Positions 1 to 9,770 of a DNA stretch of 64,000 nucleotides are shown piece by piece (within the stretch, counting starts at the first letter, position 1; every line of letters begins with the position of its first letter). Below the pieces are notes generated by a model that saw only the letters and a list, made by a program, of their open reading frames with translations, was not told where the DNA came from and made no database searches. Made by a program: the position numbers and the translations under genes. Source of the DNA: an uncultured virus (IMG/VR IMGVR_UViG_3300033075_001711) (lineage: Duplodnaviria > Heunggongvirae > Uroviricota > Caudoviricetes); IMG/VR virus record IMGVR_UViG_3300033075_001711, one strand, 5' to 3'.

Positions 1-319
1 TATTTAAATTGACAAGATCATCTAATCTTTTTTGAGCATTTTCTTTATGTAAATAAATTGCATTACTTATTCTTTTATAATGTCCAGATTCTTGTTTCAG
101 AATATAGTAATATTTTTGTTTTTCTAATTCCATTTTATAAAACTCCCCACGAATTTCCAACCTCAACATCAAGTTCTAATGGAACATTTAAATATTCTTT
201 AATTTTCTCAAAACAATTTGTTTTATGCACAAAAAATTGATTAAACTCAATAAAATTTTCAAATTCTGTTATTACATTATGGCAATACGCACACAAAAGA
301 AACATAGTTAAATCTCCTT

Positions 320-586
320 TTAAAGCCCTAATTTTATGTTGACATAAAATTCAGTTATATTGTTCACAAAATCAGAATCTAATTTAAAATCACAAGTTTT
401 CCAACCCGCTTTCAAATATCTGTCTTTTAATATTTCTAGTACATAAGTATACTTTAAATGTCTACTAATTGTAACAGAAACAGATAAAGTTTGTTGACCT
501 TTAGCTTTCAAAGCAGAGTCTAATAAAGACTCTAAATAATCACAATAACTAACTTCATCTAACAATTCTTCAGGTCTAATAGCCAT
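320..586 (-). CDS. hypothetical phage protein
   Basis: ORF in co-directional gene run with AGGA RBS upstream. Confidence 0.7.
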   Translation of the reverse strand: MAIRPEELLDEVSYCDYLESLLDSALKAKGQQTLSVSVTISRHLKYTYVLEILKDRYLKAGWKTCDFKLDSDFVNNITEFYVNIKLGL

Positions 587-609
587 TTTTAATAATTCCT
601 ATATAGAAG

Positions 610-936
610 TTACAAAAACGGATCGTATTCAGAAAATGAAATTTTAGCCATCGATTTTTGACATTTCCCATTACAAAAATAAAATCTCTCTAAATCTCCA
701 TAATACCACTCCTCACCTAACCTTGTAATCCTAAAAATCAGGCCCGGATACCAATTCGAAAACATCTTCATGTTATCTTCAATCTCATCCCACCTACTCC
801 ATTTAATAGAAATACCTTCATATAAAAAACCAATGTGTTGAAATGTCTTATTAAAATGTGTTAAAATTTTTTGGAATTCATCAGACTCAAATTTCATGTT
901 CGACATTTCTAAATAGAACCTTGAATTATATCCCAT
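610..936 (-). CDS. conserved hypothetical phage protein
   Basis: AAGGAG RBS; MGY...KW...FS.WYP..F.I...GEE...D...YF.NGK.Q pattern recalled from small phage proteins. Confidence 0.7.
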   Translation of the reverse strand: MGYNSRFYLEMSNMKFESDEFQKILTHFNKTFQHIGFLYEGISIKWSRWDEIEDNMKMFSNWYPGLIFRITRLGEEWYYGDLERFYFCNGKCQKSMAKISFSEYDPFL

Positions 937-947
937 AACCTTCTCCT

Positions 948-1520
948 TTACTTACTTACGGATTTGGTAGCAAATTCTCTAATAAAATCTTTAAATTTTT
1001 CATAAATCATTTTATCTCTTACTCCTATTATAATACCAAACTCTAAACTACTTGAATCACTCTCTTCTAACTCTACACAAGATTCTTTTTTCTCCCCTAA
1101 ATATACCATAGAGAAGACTTTTGGCTCAAACTGTTTTTTAAATTCATTCCAATTCTCTTTTGTAACTCCGTTCTCCAAATAATCAACATACCTATGAAAT
1201 TCCTCTAATAATTCTGAGATATCTATGTCATATCTTTCTCCTTCAAAATTAGGTTCAAAACAAATTTCTGTTTCCCATGTGACTCCAGATTCAAATAACA
1301 TAAATAAAGCTTTATTTATGTTTGAACTAAATTCATATTTTTTATATGAGGAATGTCTATCTTTCCAAAAAACAACATCTAAATAATATTTATTTTTTAC
1401 AGTCCTATACCGAATTTCAGATTCAGACTCATTTTCTGAATCTACTAATTCAAACGCATTTGGAAAATATTTAGACATCAATTTTCCAATTTCAAGAATC
1501 TCTTTTGTTTTAAATAACAT
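948..1520 (-). CDS. hypothetical protein
   Basis: 190-aa ORF, AAGGAG RBS. Confidence 0.75.
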   Translation of the reverse strand: MLFKTKEILEIGKLMSKYFPNAFELVDSENESESEIRYRTVKNKYYLDVVFWKDRHSSYKKYEFSSNINKALFMLFESGVTWETEICFEPNFEGERYDIDISELLEEFHRYVDYLENGVTKENWNEFKKQFEPKVFSMVYLGEKKESCVELEESDSSSLEFGIIIGVRDKMIYEKFKDFIREFATKSVSK

Positions 1521-1539
1521 AAATTCTCCTTATTCCATC

Positions 1540-1851
1540 CTAAATCTTTTTAATTCCAAAATTTTCACCCTTCTTACAGAAAGTGAGCCTCCCAGATATA
1601 CTCCCTTTATCTATAATACTATTAGCTATAATATCCGACAAATCCTGTAAAAACATCTCATACTGTTTTCCAAACTCATCCTCAAAATGAAACTTTACCG
1701 CACTCCTCCCCCTACCAGCATATGTAAACTTTAAAGAAGCATCAAACTCATAATTATCTCTCCATTCATGTACACCATAAGACCCATATCCTAACATGTT
1801 CCCATTTTTATCAAATGGTATCTTTCGATCCCAAATCAAGCTCCTGCCCAT
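1540..1851 (-). CDS. hypothetical phage protein
   Basis: ORF with GGAGG RBS overlapping the end of the upstream gene. Confidence 0.7.
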   Translation of the reverse strand: MGRSLIWDRKIPFDKNGNMLGYGSYGVHEWRDNYEFDASLKFTYAGRGRSAVKFHFEDEFGKQYEMFLQDLSDIIANSIIDKGSISGRLTFCKKGENFGIKKI

Positions 1852-2308
1852 GTTTATAAACCTCCATTTGTTCTAAAACACTAAAATAAAAAATTATGTT
1901 TCCACAAATTTCTACATCTAATCCTACTTCGGGATCTGTTTTAAAAAATTTACCTACCTTTATTTCTATATCAATATCCTCATCATCCAAAACAACACAA
2001 GCCCCAGCAGTATATTGTTTTCCAAATTTATCTAACCAAACTTTAATCTCCTCACTTCTAGGAACATTTCCTAAATTAGGTGTCATATCTAACACTTCTA
2101 TTTCATGATCTTCTAATATCTTTAATAATCTACTATAGACTTGAAAGTTATTCCTCCAGGTACTAGATATAACAATGTCACATTGACTTACTTTTTGTAA
2201 TGTAGATAAAGCTAATAAACATTTTCTATCTAATTTCCTATATAAAGGATTAAGTGTTGTGTCTTTACAAATAACACCATCTACATCAAGAAATAAAACT
2301 TTTTTCAT
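1811..2308 (-). CDS. HAD-family phosphatase (Swiss-Army-knife RNA-repair-like HAD domain)
   Basis: FLDVDGV motif I, IVISSTWR motif II, R..EI..WL, VVLDD motif IV, GL. Confidence 0.85.
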   Translation of the reverse strand: MKKVLFLDVDGVICKDTTLNPLYRKLDRKCLLALSTLQKVSQCDIVISSTWRNNFQVYSRLLKILEDHEIEVLDMTPNLGNVPRSEEIKVWLDKFGKQYTAGACVVLDDEDIDIEIKVGKFFKTDPEVGLDVEICGNIIFYFSVLEQMEVYKHGQELDLGSKDTI

Positions 2309-2604
2309 TTGGAAATAGTTTCTAAATTAAGACTAGGTTTAATTACAGTCCAAACATTCTCATCTGTATCTCTGTGAAATAAAATCAGATTGTTTCCGGA
2401 CTTACAAAGTAGTTGATATTCTCTAGAAGAGGCATGTCCCATCTCATATCGAATGTCTTTTAATTCCTCACATTCATTAGGAATTGTCAAAACAACAGGC
2501 TTCTCTGTCTCTGTCTCTGTTTCTATTACATCTAAATTTTCACAAGAGCTAGAAAATAAACCTATAATCATAAACATAAGAAGTTCTAGTTTTAAAAATC
2601 TCAT
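2305..2604 (-). CDS. putative lipoprotein
   Basis: hydrophobic N-terminus ending FSSSC (lipobox-like). Confidence 0.55.
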   Translation of the reverse strand: MRFLKLELLMFMIIGLFSSSCENLDVIETETETEKPVVLTIPNECEELKDIRYEMGHASSREYQLLCKSGNNLILFHRDTDENVWTVIKPSLNLETISK

Positions 2605-2624
2605 TTGTTTTATCCCCTATTCAG

Positions 2625-3116
2625 CTAAACTTTTTCAACACTAATTTTTCTAAAATCTCCGCCCCCACCCCACCCCCAAAATCTAGGCAAATTTACTCCT
2701 ACTCGAATAACATCACATAATTTCCCCTCCAAAAATTTTAAACTTGGAGTATGATGATATCCACCAAAATCACAATTAGGATCCTCACCAAATACTTCCC
2801 AAATTCCATACTCATCTAAATTATATTTTTCCAATAATCTTTTATAAGAACTTGTCTTTTGATAGGATTCAATATTTTTATTTATGTTCTCTTCTTTTGA
2901 AAAAGAATATTTTTTATAAAATGTTTTTCTAAAATTACTCTTTTCAGGAAAAATATACACAGCTATATCTGCGGATCCAATTTTTACATTCTCCCTAAAT
3001 ATATCTCTAGCAAAATCATAATAAGGATCTCGGGATTCTCCATATAAATTAGGATAAATCTTACCAGAATATTCTTTTCCATTCAGCTCACATAGAATGT
3101 TAACTTCTTTTTCCAT
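2625..3116 (-). CDS. hypothetical phage protein
   Basis: AGGAG RBS; W.V.GEDPNCDFGG.HH.P.L...EG...W..WG.GG pattern. Confidence 0.7.
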   Translation of the reverse strand: MEKEVNILCELNGKEYSGKIYPNLYGESRDPYYDFARDIFRENVKIGSADIAVYIFPEKSNFRKTFYKKYSFSKEENINKNIESYQKTSSYKRLLEKYNLDEYGIWEVFGEDPNCDFGGYHHTPSLKFLEGKLCDVIRVGVNLPRFWGWGGGGDFRKISVEKV

Positions 3117-3133
3117 ATCAATTCTCCTTAATT

Positions 3134-3418
3134 TTAGTGTAAATTTAACAACTGTCTTTCTCGCTCAGTTAACTTGCTCAAAGCAATTTCCCTATCCATT
3201 TTATATTTTAATACTTTGTCTTCTGCTTCTTTGTTTTTTAAATACCAATATTCTAACCCTGGAATATCATCTACCATTGCCAACCCAGCCATTTTACAAA
3301 GACTATATAACATATCTGAAAGATTTTTGTTTTCTGTTTCCAGAGAAATTATAACCCTTTGTAAATTTTCATTTTGATTCCGAGCATCTACTAATTTAGC
3401 TTCATCATCATAATACAT
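3134..3418 (-). CDS. hypothetical coiled-coil protein
   Basis: ORF in operon; C-terminal ALSKLT.RER.LL. Confidence 0.65.
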   Translation of the reverse strand: MYYDDEAKLVDARNQNENLQRVIISLETENKNLSDMLYSLCKMAGLAMVDDIPGLEYWYLKNKEAEDKVLKYKMDREIALSKLTERERQLLNLH

Positions 3419-3438
3419 AAAATGTGCCCCCTAAAATT

Positions 3439-3951
3439 TTAAAGTTTTAGAAACTTAGAAACTTCAGACTCTAACGTGTAAACCTCAACACTAACTCCAG
3501 CTCCAGCTCCTACTAACTCCTCTTCTATAATTTTTTCTATAATCTCCCACCTAGCCCCTGCAAGCCCACAACCTATACGCGGCATTACAACTTTCCAATT
3601 CAAACCTAATTTTAAAATTTCATTTCTAACATTCCTCAATCCATCCCTAATAGCATCATATCTAATAGGTGGAACATTTCCTTTAGAATATATATCATGT
3701 TGACCTATTAGATTAGCAACATATATATCCTTTTCTACTTCTACATATTGAACCGCCCCTAATTTATACAATATATTTCCAGAAGCACTCCATTTTCTAT
3801 ACGCAAACTCAGGCGCTTTCCATTTACGAGAAAGTGCCGTTACAAATCCCTTCCCCCATTTACCAGGACTACAATCATTACAGACATGTACTAAAATGGC
3901 GGGAGCCTTTATGTTTTCTAAAACATCTCCAACTTTATAAACAATACTCAT
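3439..3951 (-). CDS. macro domain (Appr-1''-p processing / ADP-ribose hydrolase) protein
   Basis: Y.VGD, HVCND..G.WGKGF..AL..KW, VANLIGQH, MPRIGCGLAGA.W motifs. Confidence 0.9.
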   Translation of the reverse strand: MSIVYKVGDVLENIKAPAILVHVCNDCSPGKWGKGFVTALSRKWKAPEFAYRKWSASGNILYKLGAVQYVEVEKDIYVANLIGQHDIYSKGNVPPIRYDAIRDGLRNVRNEILKLGLNWKVVMPRIGCGLAGARWEIIEKIIEEELVGAGAGVSVEVYTLESEVSKFLKL

Positions 3952-3969
3952 AATAAATCCTCAATCCTC

Positions 3970-4311
3970 CTAAACTAACTCATATGTTCCATAATCATAA
4001 ACATTCAAAGAACAATTAAAAAAGAACTTTAATGTCTCACGCTTATACACAGCGTCTCTCAATCCCGCCCTATATAAAACATTATGCTCCTGCTCTAATT
4101 TATCTTGTTTTAACTCAAAAGATTTTTTCTGCCTCTCCATTTCTAATACTTGTCTCTCTTTATCCTGTATTTTTAACTCCTCTATTGCTTTCTGTAAATC
4201 TTCTAACTGTAAAAATACACGATCATCATTTATCTTTTCCCAAATATCATAATCTCCATTCGTGTTTTTATACACAATGTAATAAACAGTTCTAGGTAAT
4301 TCCAAATCCAT
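3970..4311 (-). CDS. hypothetical protein
   Basis: ORF in operon. Confidence 0.65.
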   Translation of the reverse strand: MDLELPRTVYYIVYKNTNGDYDIWEKINDDRVFLQLEDLQKAIEELKIQDKERQVLEMERQKKSFELKQDKLEQEHNVLYRAGLRDAVYKRETLKFFFNCSLNVYDYGTYELV

Positions 4312-4338
4312 AAAATTAAATGTTCTCCTAAACTAAAA

Positions 4339-4641
4339 CTAAGACATGTAAAAATCAGCAAATTTAAATCCTAAAGGCTCAGTTTTTGCCCTAAACTCAC
4401 GCAATAAAACATTTTCAGCTTCTTTTCCTTTTTCACGAATATCTCCATAACTAAACATCTTCTGTCCCGTAAAATCTCTCATTATAAAATTTCCTATGTT
4501 CTCCTTTAATAACGTATCCATCCCCCACCTCTGATACTCAGCATCAAACCTCTCATTTAAAAATCTCTCCGACCTTAAATAATCTAAACTAGGAGAAAAT
4601 CCAAACGCATCCCATAAAGAATCCTGAATGTCCTGATTCAT
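4339..4641 (-). CDS. hypothetical protein (start uncertain)
   Basis: ORF in operon; several candidate starts between 4641 and 4674. Confidence 0.55.
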   Translation of the reverse strand: MNQDIQDSLWDAFGFSPSLDYLRSERFLNERFDAEYQRWGMDTLLKENIGNFIMRDFTGQKMFSYGDIREKGKEAENVLLREFRAKTEPLGFKFADFYMS

Positions 4642-4664
4642 AACTGCTAGTTTTGAATTCATAT

Positions 4665-5045
4665 CTAAACACACTCCTTTTCAATTCCTAACTCAATCAC
4701 TAATTTATCACCACTCTGTATTACAGATGTTCTCCAACCTAACTTCTTAAAATATACTACCAAATTCTCCATAAAATCCGGAACCTGCCTAAGAAAATCT
4801 CTCAAACTTAATTTCTGAGATCTCACCTCCATGCTACTATTTAAATGATTTTCTAAAATCACAGTCTCCGCCCCAGAACCACTTAACTGTTTTATTTTAG
4901 ATTTTAATCCATTTATAATATGATTCGCCCAATCCTCATGCAATCTCTTCTTTACTTCCTCATTAGCAGAAACAAAATTCTCTGCACTATATTCATTATC
5001 ATTCTCAGTTCCATCGACCCAAAAATCACTGCTAAGATAACTCAT
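4665..5045 (-). CDS. hypothetical protein
   Basis: ORF in operon with GAGGAG RBS. Confidence 0.7.
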   Translation of the reverse strand: MSYLSSDFWVDGTENDNEYSAENFVSANEEVKKRLHEDWANHIINGLKSKIKQLSGSGAETVILENHLNSSMEVRSQKLSLRDFLRQVPDFMENLVVYFKKLGWRTSVIQSGDKLVIELGIEKECV

Positions 5046-5048
5046 AAT

Positions 5049-5573
5049 CTATTTCTCCTCTAAATTTGAATTAACTATACCTTTATCATACATATATACT
5101 TCTATATCCGGACCTAATTCCTCCTCTACTATCTTCTCTAACTCAACTAAATCGTTTTTTATATTCCCCTTCCCTAACCTATCACTCAATACCACATATC
5201 TTAAACCAGACATGTCCTCTAAATTCTGTATTTGCTTCCTCACATCTTGTAAAGCAATTCTCAAACTATCCTGTCTTATCCCCGACCTTCTACCTATCTT
5301 ATACCACCCAGCCTCCACTATCATGTTCGCTACATATACCCCATCACTCACCATAACATATTGCACCGCTCCCATTACATAATTCTCATGCTCCTTATTA
5401 CAATCAGAAGAACTCCACCTCCTATATCTTGTCTCCACTATCTCAAATTTATTTCCTAACTCTATCAAAAATGGAGAACCCCACCTACCAGGTATACAAT
5501 GACTACACGCATTTAATAAAAAACACGGAGCCTTTAAATTTTCTAATACATCACCTTTAACTCTAGTTAACAT
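5049..5573 (-). CDS. divergent macro-domain protein, paralog of 3439..3951
   Basis: shares GDVLEN.KAP, PG.WG, YR.WS.S, GAVQYV.V...YVAN.I, IR.D..R..L..VR, EKI.EEEL with 3439..3951; lacks the PRIGCGLAG loop. Confidence 0.75.
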   Translation of the reverse strand: MLTRVKGDVLENLKAPCFLLNACSHCIPGRWGSPFLIELGNKFEIVETRYRRWSSSDCNKEHENYVMGAVQYVMVSDGVYVANMIVEAGWYKIGRRSGIRQDSLRIALQDVRKQIQNLEDMSGLRYVVLSDRLGKGNIKNDLVELEKIVEEELGPDIEVYMYDKGIVNSNLEEK

Positions 5574-5587
5574 ATTTTCCCCTATAC

Positions 5588-6031
5588 TTAAACCTTAAAT
5601 TTCCTAGGAAACTCATCCAGAATCATCTCTACTTCCACATTTCCTAATTCTATTGTTTTAAATTTCCCACTCCGAATCAACTCATTACTATATACAGGCT
5701 GTACCCCATTAATACACGCAACCGTTATATGCGGAACCTGATTATCAGACACTAAATTTCCTAAATCTAACCTATCTACAGGTATAACTTGCGCCTTCTC
5801 ATCATATACCAACCTATCCACTTTTATTCTATATCTCCTCCCTATTAATGGTTCATAATGATCCATGTCAATCTCACTAGGCTTATATTTTAATGTCACA
5901 TGATCCAAATACACACGATCATATAACTCTATTCCTTTACTTACCTCTATCAAATTTGATAACAAATCCCTAGACTTATTTACCAAAAACAACCCAACAT
6001 AAATTGGCAACTTACTCATTATTCTACCCAA
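5588..6031 (-). CDS. 2H phosphoesterase (tRNA-ligase CPDase-like)
   Basis: two HxT motifs (DHVTL, PHITV) plus PVYSNELI. Confidence 0.75.
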   Translation of the reverse strand: MGRIMSKLPIYVGLFLVNKSRDLLSNLIEVSKGIELYDRVYLDHVTLKYKPSEIDMDHYEPLIGRRYRIKVDRLVYDEKAQVIPVDRLDLGNLVSDNQVPHITVACINGVQPVYSNELIRSGKFKTIELGNVEVEMILDEFPRKFKV

Positions 6032-6428
6032 CCCTCTCTAAATTTATATAATATGTCAAATTATCCCTTACATGTGCTAATGCTTTAGACCAAGCCTTTT
6101 CCTCCGAAACATCTGAAATTGTAAATTTAATATCATTTACTGATTTAACCCTATAACTATATTTTTTAGAATTTAAAAACATGTTCGTCTCTTCTGATCT
6201 TATAACTGTATCCAATACCATAAAATCAAATTTTTCAAATATCTCCTTATACCTCTCTAAAGAAATATCCACTATCTCATACGGCCCAAATTTACATCCC
6301 TCTCTTTTAGAAAAATACTGATCTAAAACCCTCTTGTTTCGCCCTATTACACAACCCTTGGGTCTATAATTATCTCGCAACAAATCTGCCATTACAATTG
6401 GTAAATTTTCGAATATAAATTCACTCAT
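6024..6428 (-). CDS. hypothetical protein
   Basis: first ORF after the promoter at 6479-6507. Confidence 0.65.
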   Translation of the reverse strand: MSEFIFENLPIVMADLLRDNYRPKGCVIGRNKRVLDQYFSKREGCKFGPYEIVDISLERYKEIFEKFDFMVLDTVIRSEETNMFLNSKKYSYRVKSVNDIKFTISDVSEEKAWSKALAHVRDNLTYYINLERVG

Positions 6429-6615
6429 TCTTTCTATCCTCTGTATTTATAGGATAAACTGGAAATAGGCACGCTATTTATATAATATCTAAAACCTGTT
6501 TTGTCAATAGCCCCCTCTCCCCCCGCACATAAAACTAAAAATAAAATCTTATACATAAATAACTATAATAATTTCACCTCTTCCCTAAACTATTCTCAAA
6601 ATTTTCTAAAATCTC

Positions 6616-7029
6616 CTAAAGATCTATCCTTCCCAATCCTCCTCCATCCAAACTGTAATATATACTCCTAACCTTAAATGCACTCAACAATGCACAACAC
6701 TTCTTACAGGGCTTAGATAACCTAACCGAACCCTCTACTGGCGTCACCCTCACTACCAATATAGAACTACCTCGCAATAACCCCCTAGGAACCTTCCGTG
6801 CTATATCACACTCAGCATGTAACGCAAATGCCCTCTCCGATATAGGATTGTGAATCTGCGTCACATCATTCCTGTTAAAACCACTAAATATAGCTCCAAG
6901 TTTAGGATGCATCAATATAGCACCATGCTTCATCCTGTGCTGACTCCTCTTCGCTATATTTATAGCTCGCTTATACATATTTATATCTACAGCCCTAACT
7001 CCTACCCCAGCTCCACATACCCTATACAT
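6616..7029 (-). CDS. Zn-dependent cytidine/deoxycytidylate deaminase-family protein
   Basis: KHGAIL, SGFN, LHAE, SKPCKKC, IYYS motifs. Confidence 0.85.
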   Translation of the reverse strand: MYRVCGAGVGVRAVDINMYKRAINIAKRSQHRMKHGAILMHPKLGAIFSGFNRNDVTQIHNPISERAFALHAECDIARKVPRGLLRGSSILVVRVTPVEGSVRLSKPCKKCCALLSAFKVRSIYYSLDGGGLGRIDL

Positions 7030-7074
7030 ATAACACCTGCTCTCCTAATTTCTAATTTTCATTTCATACTCTCC

Positions 7075-7103
7075 CTTATAATACCCCATATATGTTTTGT
7101 CAA
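7075..7103 (-). promoter_or_regulatory. sigma70-type promoter
   Basis: TTGACA-N17-TATAAG upstream of the deaminase; a similar promoter lies at 6479-6507. Confidence 0.7.
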
Positions 7104-7324
7104 TAGCCACAGCCCAGCACAAGCCTACATATAAAAAATATATAAATTTCACAAACTTCACAAATTTCCCAGCAAATACTCTTTTAAAAATTCTTTATTC
7201 TAAAAAATATAATAGAATAAAAACAATTTATCTATATACCAAATGAAAAATTTACGGGGGTTTGCTGTAAATAACATATATCTAGAAATTTTTGGAATTT
7301 ATATAAAATTCTAGTATATGTACC

Positions 7325-7775
7325 TAAATCACATATCTTTATTCTTAATAAACTTCCTAGATTTATAATTATGGTAAAGGATTTAACTATTCGTTTTATC
7401 TTTTACCTTTATAACATATAAATACATTTTTATATAACATATTAAGAATAAATCACATAAATTTTTATATATGGTAAATGATCTAACTATTCGTTTTATC
7501 TTTTACCTTTATTCTTAATAAACTACATAAATTTTAAGGTCTAGGATATAAATCACCCTTATTCTTATGTCTATTACATAAAATGTTTTTATTTTTCATT
7601 ATTGTATATGATCTAACTTTACGTTTTATCTTTTACCCTTATTCTTAATAAACTACAGAGATTTTAAGGTTTATTACATTAGGGTATATGATCTAACTAT
7701 ACGTTTTATCTTTTACTTTTAAAATACATAAATCACTCTTATTCTTATATCTATTACATAAAATGTTTTTAAATT
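7325..7775. repeat. AT-rich direct-repeat tract (candidate origin/terminus element)
   Basis: 4 copies of GATYTAACTWTWCGTTTTATCTTTTAC at 7380, 7480, 7610, 7690; TTATTCTTAATAAACT x3; AAATCAC..TTATTCTTAT.TCTATTACATAAAATGTTTTT x2. Confidence 0.85.
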
Positions 7776-8415
7776 TTCGCAAAAAAAATTTTTTGAAAAA
7801 CTTGAAAAAAATGCGCGGCTAAAAATCCAGAAAATAAAACTCTAAATTTATTTTATCTCTATACTAAACTACAAAAAAACAAAGAGAGCCTCAAAAATTA
7901 GTGTTTTTTTGGCTCTTTTAAAACAGTATATTTACTTGTTTTTCTTAGCTACAAAATTAGTGCTTTCTACATTCAGAAATTTTGTGGCTAAAGTATAGGT
8001 AGTGTACTCAGAGAGAGGTTTAACATAACCTCTGCGGGGGCGAGTTTTACCAAACAGGCCCATTGCAATTTTACCTTTTCTGGAACGTCTATCTCCACGA
8101 GCCATAAAATAATCCTCCGATTTCAGTAGTTGTTAAACGGGGCAGTGTTGTGTACAAAAAAATAGCGGGATGTTTTAAATCCTGTTTTTGTATTTTTTAA
8201 TATTCTACACTGAATGTTTTTTTGCAGGTTCACATCTACGAATTAATCCGACTTATGGTTGCGGTACGTAGTCACACTCTTACCTTAGCTTAATTGCAAA
8301 TCAACATAAAATTTAGAGTATTAAATTTTACATGTATATACTTTACTTATTTAATATTGTGGTTTTTGAATGTATATTCTTAATATGTAGAATTTAAATT
8401 AAGGTTTAACACATT

Positions 8416-8730
8416 ATGCCTATTTGTGCAAATTGTAACTCTGTATATCCAAATACTGTTAAAATTGAAGGAATTGTTCGCAATTTGTCTAGTCGAAAAT
8501 ATTGTTTAGAATGTTCTCCTTTTGGAGAACACAATACACGTAAAATTTTATTAGGTGTGAAACAATTACGTCCTTATAAAATTGTGTGGCCGGAACTTAC
8601 TGTTTTGATTGAAAAATTAAAAACATTTTCATATTTACAATTAGGAAAAGAGTTGGGAGTTTCAGATCAGGCTATTAGAAAACATTTAAAATACTTTAAT
8701 ATAGATCCAAAAAAAGTTAAATTTTTATAA
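8416..8730 (+). CDS. Zn-ribbon + HTH protein, probable nuclease-less homing-endonuclease remnant
   Basis: CxxC...RKYCLECSPFGEHNT N-terminus and LGKELGVSDQAIRKHL HTH; no HNH core. Confidence 0.6.
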   Translation: MPICANCNSVYPNTVKIEGIVRNLSSRKYCLECSPFGEHNTRKILLGVKQLRPYKIVWPELTVLIEKLKTFSYLQLGKELGVSDQAIRKHLKYFNIDPKKVKFL

Positions 8731-8735
8731 CTAAA

Positions 8736-8810
8736 TACGCCCGCACAGATTCGAACTGTGGTTCTAGCATTAGAAGTGCTATTTCTTGTATCCAATTAGA
8801 AGACAGGCGC
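8736..8810 (-). tRNA. tRNA-Arg(UCU)
   Basis: cloverleaf: TAGCA-CT TCT AA-TGCTA anticodon arm, CACAG-TTCGAAT-CTGTG T arm; no encoded CCA. Confidence 0.9.
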
Positions 8811-9026
8811 AAACAAATATATTTAATGTTTATTGGTATAATTATGAGCCCAGACCATAACAGTTCCAAGGCCAAGTAGCCATAGGAGAGGGCTGGTTAG
8901 CATACTTTCACCAAAATTAAATAAAAATACTACAATAAAGAGAATTGCTGCTACATATTTAATTAGGGTAAAAGGGAGGCTATTTTTATTAAATTCAAGC
9001 ATTTAATTTTTTCCTTTTTACAAAAA

Positions 9027-9114
9027 TGGTTGGTAGGAGTGGATTCGAACCACTGAACGTCGTTAGACGGGGAGTTTTACAGACTCCATCCTTTAGCCAC
9101 TTGGATACCTACCA
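9027..9114 (-). tRNA. tRNA-Tyr(GUA)
   Basis: GGAGT-CT GTA AA-ACTCC, long variable arm, AGTGG-TTCGAAT-CCACT, encoded CCA. Confidence 0.95.
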
Positions 9115-9129
9115 ATAAATTTAAAACCC

Positions 9130-9288
9130 AGAACATTAGAAGGATTTGAACCTTCAATAATCAGTTACGTCACACTGTTCTGATCCGGTGGATTCTGCCA
9201 TGAGTGTGGACCTTGGGATCACTCTTGCAAGGCCATTCTTTATTGGCTTAAGCCACACCGCTGTCTGCCATTTCCAGCATAATGTTCT
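9130..9288 (-). ncRNA. Leu-type tRNA body with ~60-nt structured insert in the anticodon arm
   Basis: acceptor AACATTA/TAATGTT, D arm CTG-GAAATGGCAGA-CAG, CGGTG/CACCG, long variable arm, T arm GAAGG-TTCAAAT-CCTTC. Confidence 0.75.
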
Positions 9289-9770
9289 TTTTGGTTTATC
9301 AACTGAAAAGATGCCGTCCCTTCAGATCTGCCAATTACGGACGGTAGGACGATTACATAATTTTCATATATAATCAGGCAGTATTTGAGCACATCTTTTC
9401 AAACAAGAGTTTTTGTATTTCACCTAGATTTGCCAGTTTCTAGGATCCCTACTAGGTAATCTCCTAACCTATGTTACATACTTTCAAATGTAACTGATAA
9501 CTTTATTTTACTTAAGTTGTGTTATTCAACTATTAAAGCTCAACTCCACTTTCTGACATGGCACCGGGGAGGACCCGTCAGATAGACTTTAGAGACATGA
9601 TATTTAAACATTGGTTATATTCAACATTTAAAAACGAGGTGGTTCACGACTCCCAAGAAAATTTTTAGGTTTTCTCCCTCTTATCTCCTAAAGAGGCATC
9701 CTTCCTAGCCCCTGTTTAATCTAAAATATTGTGGCTTACTATTTAGTGTTTTTACCTACACTATATCTTT

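Noticed and set aside
9304..9401. HDV-like/theta ribozyme
   Set aside because: A 7-bp P1 with G-U can be drawn on +, but only 6 nt are available for P3/L3, and it is not at a tRNA 3' trailer
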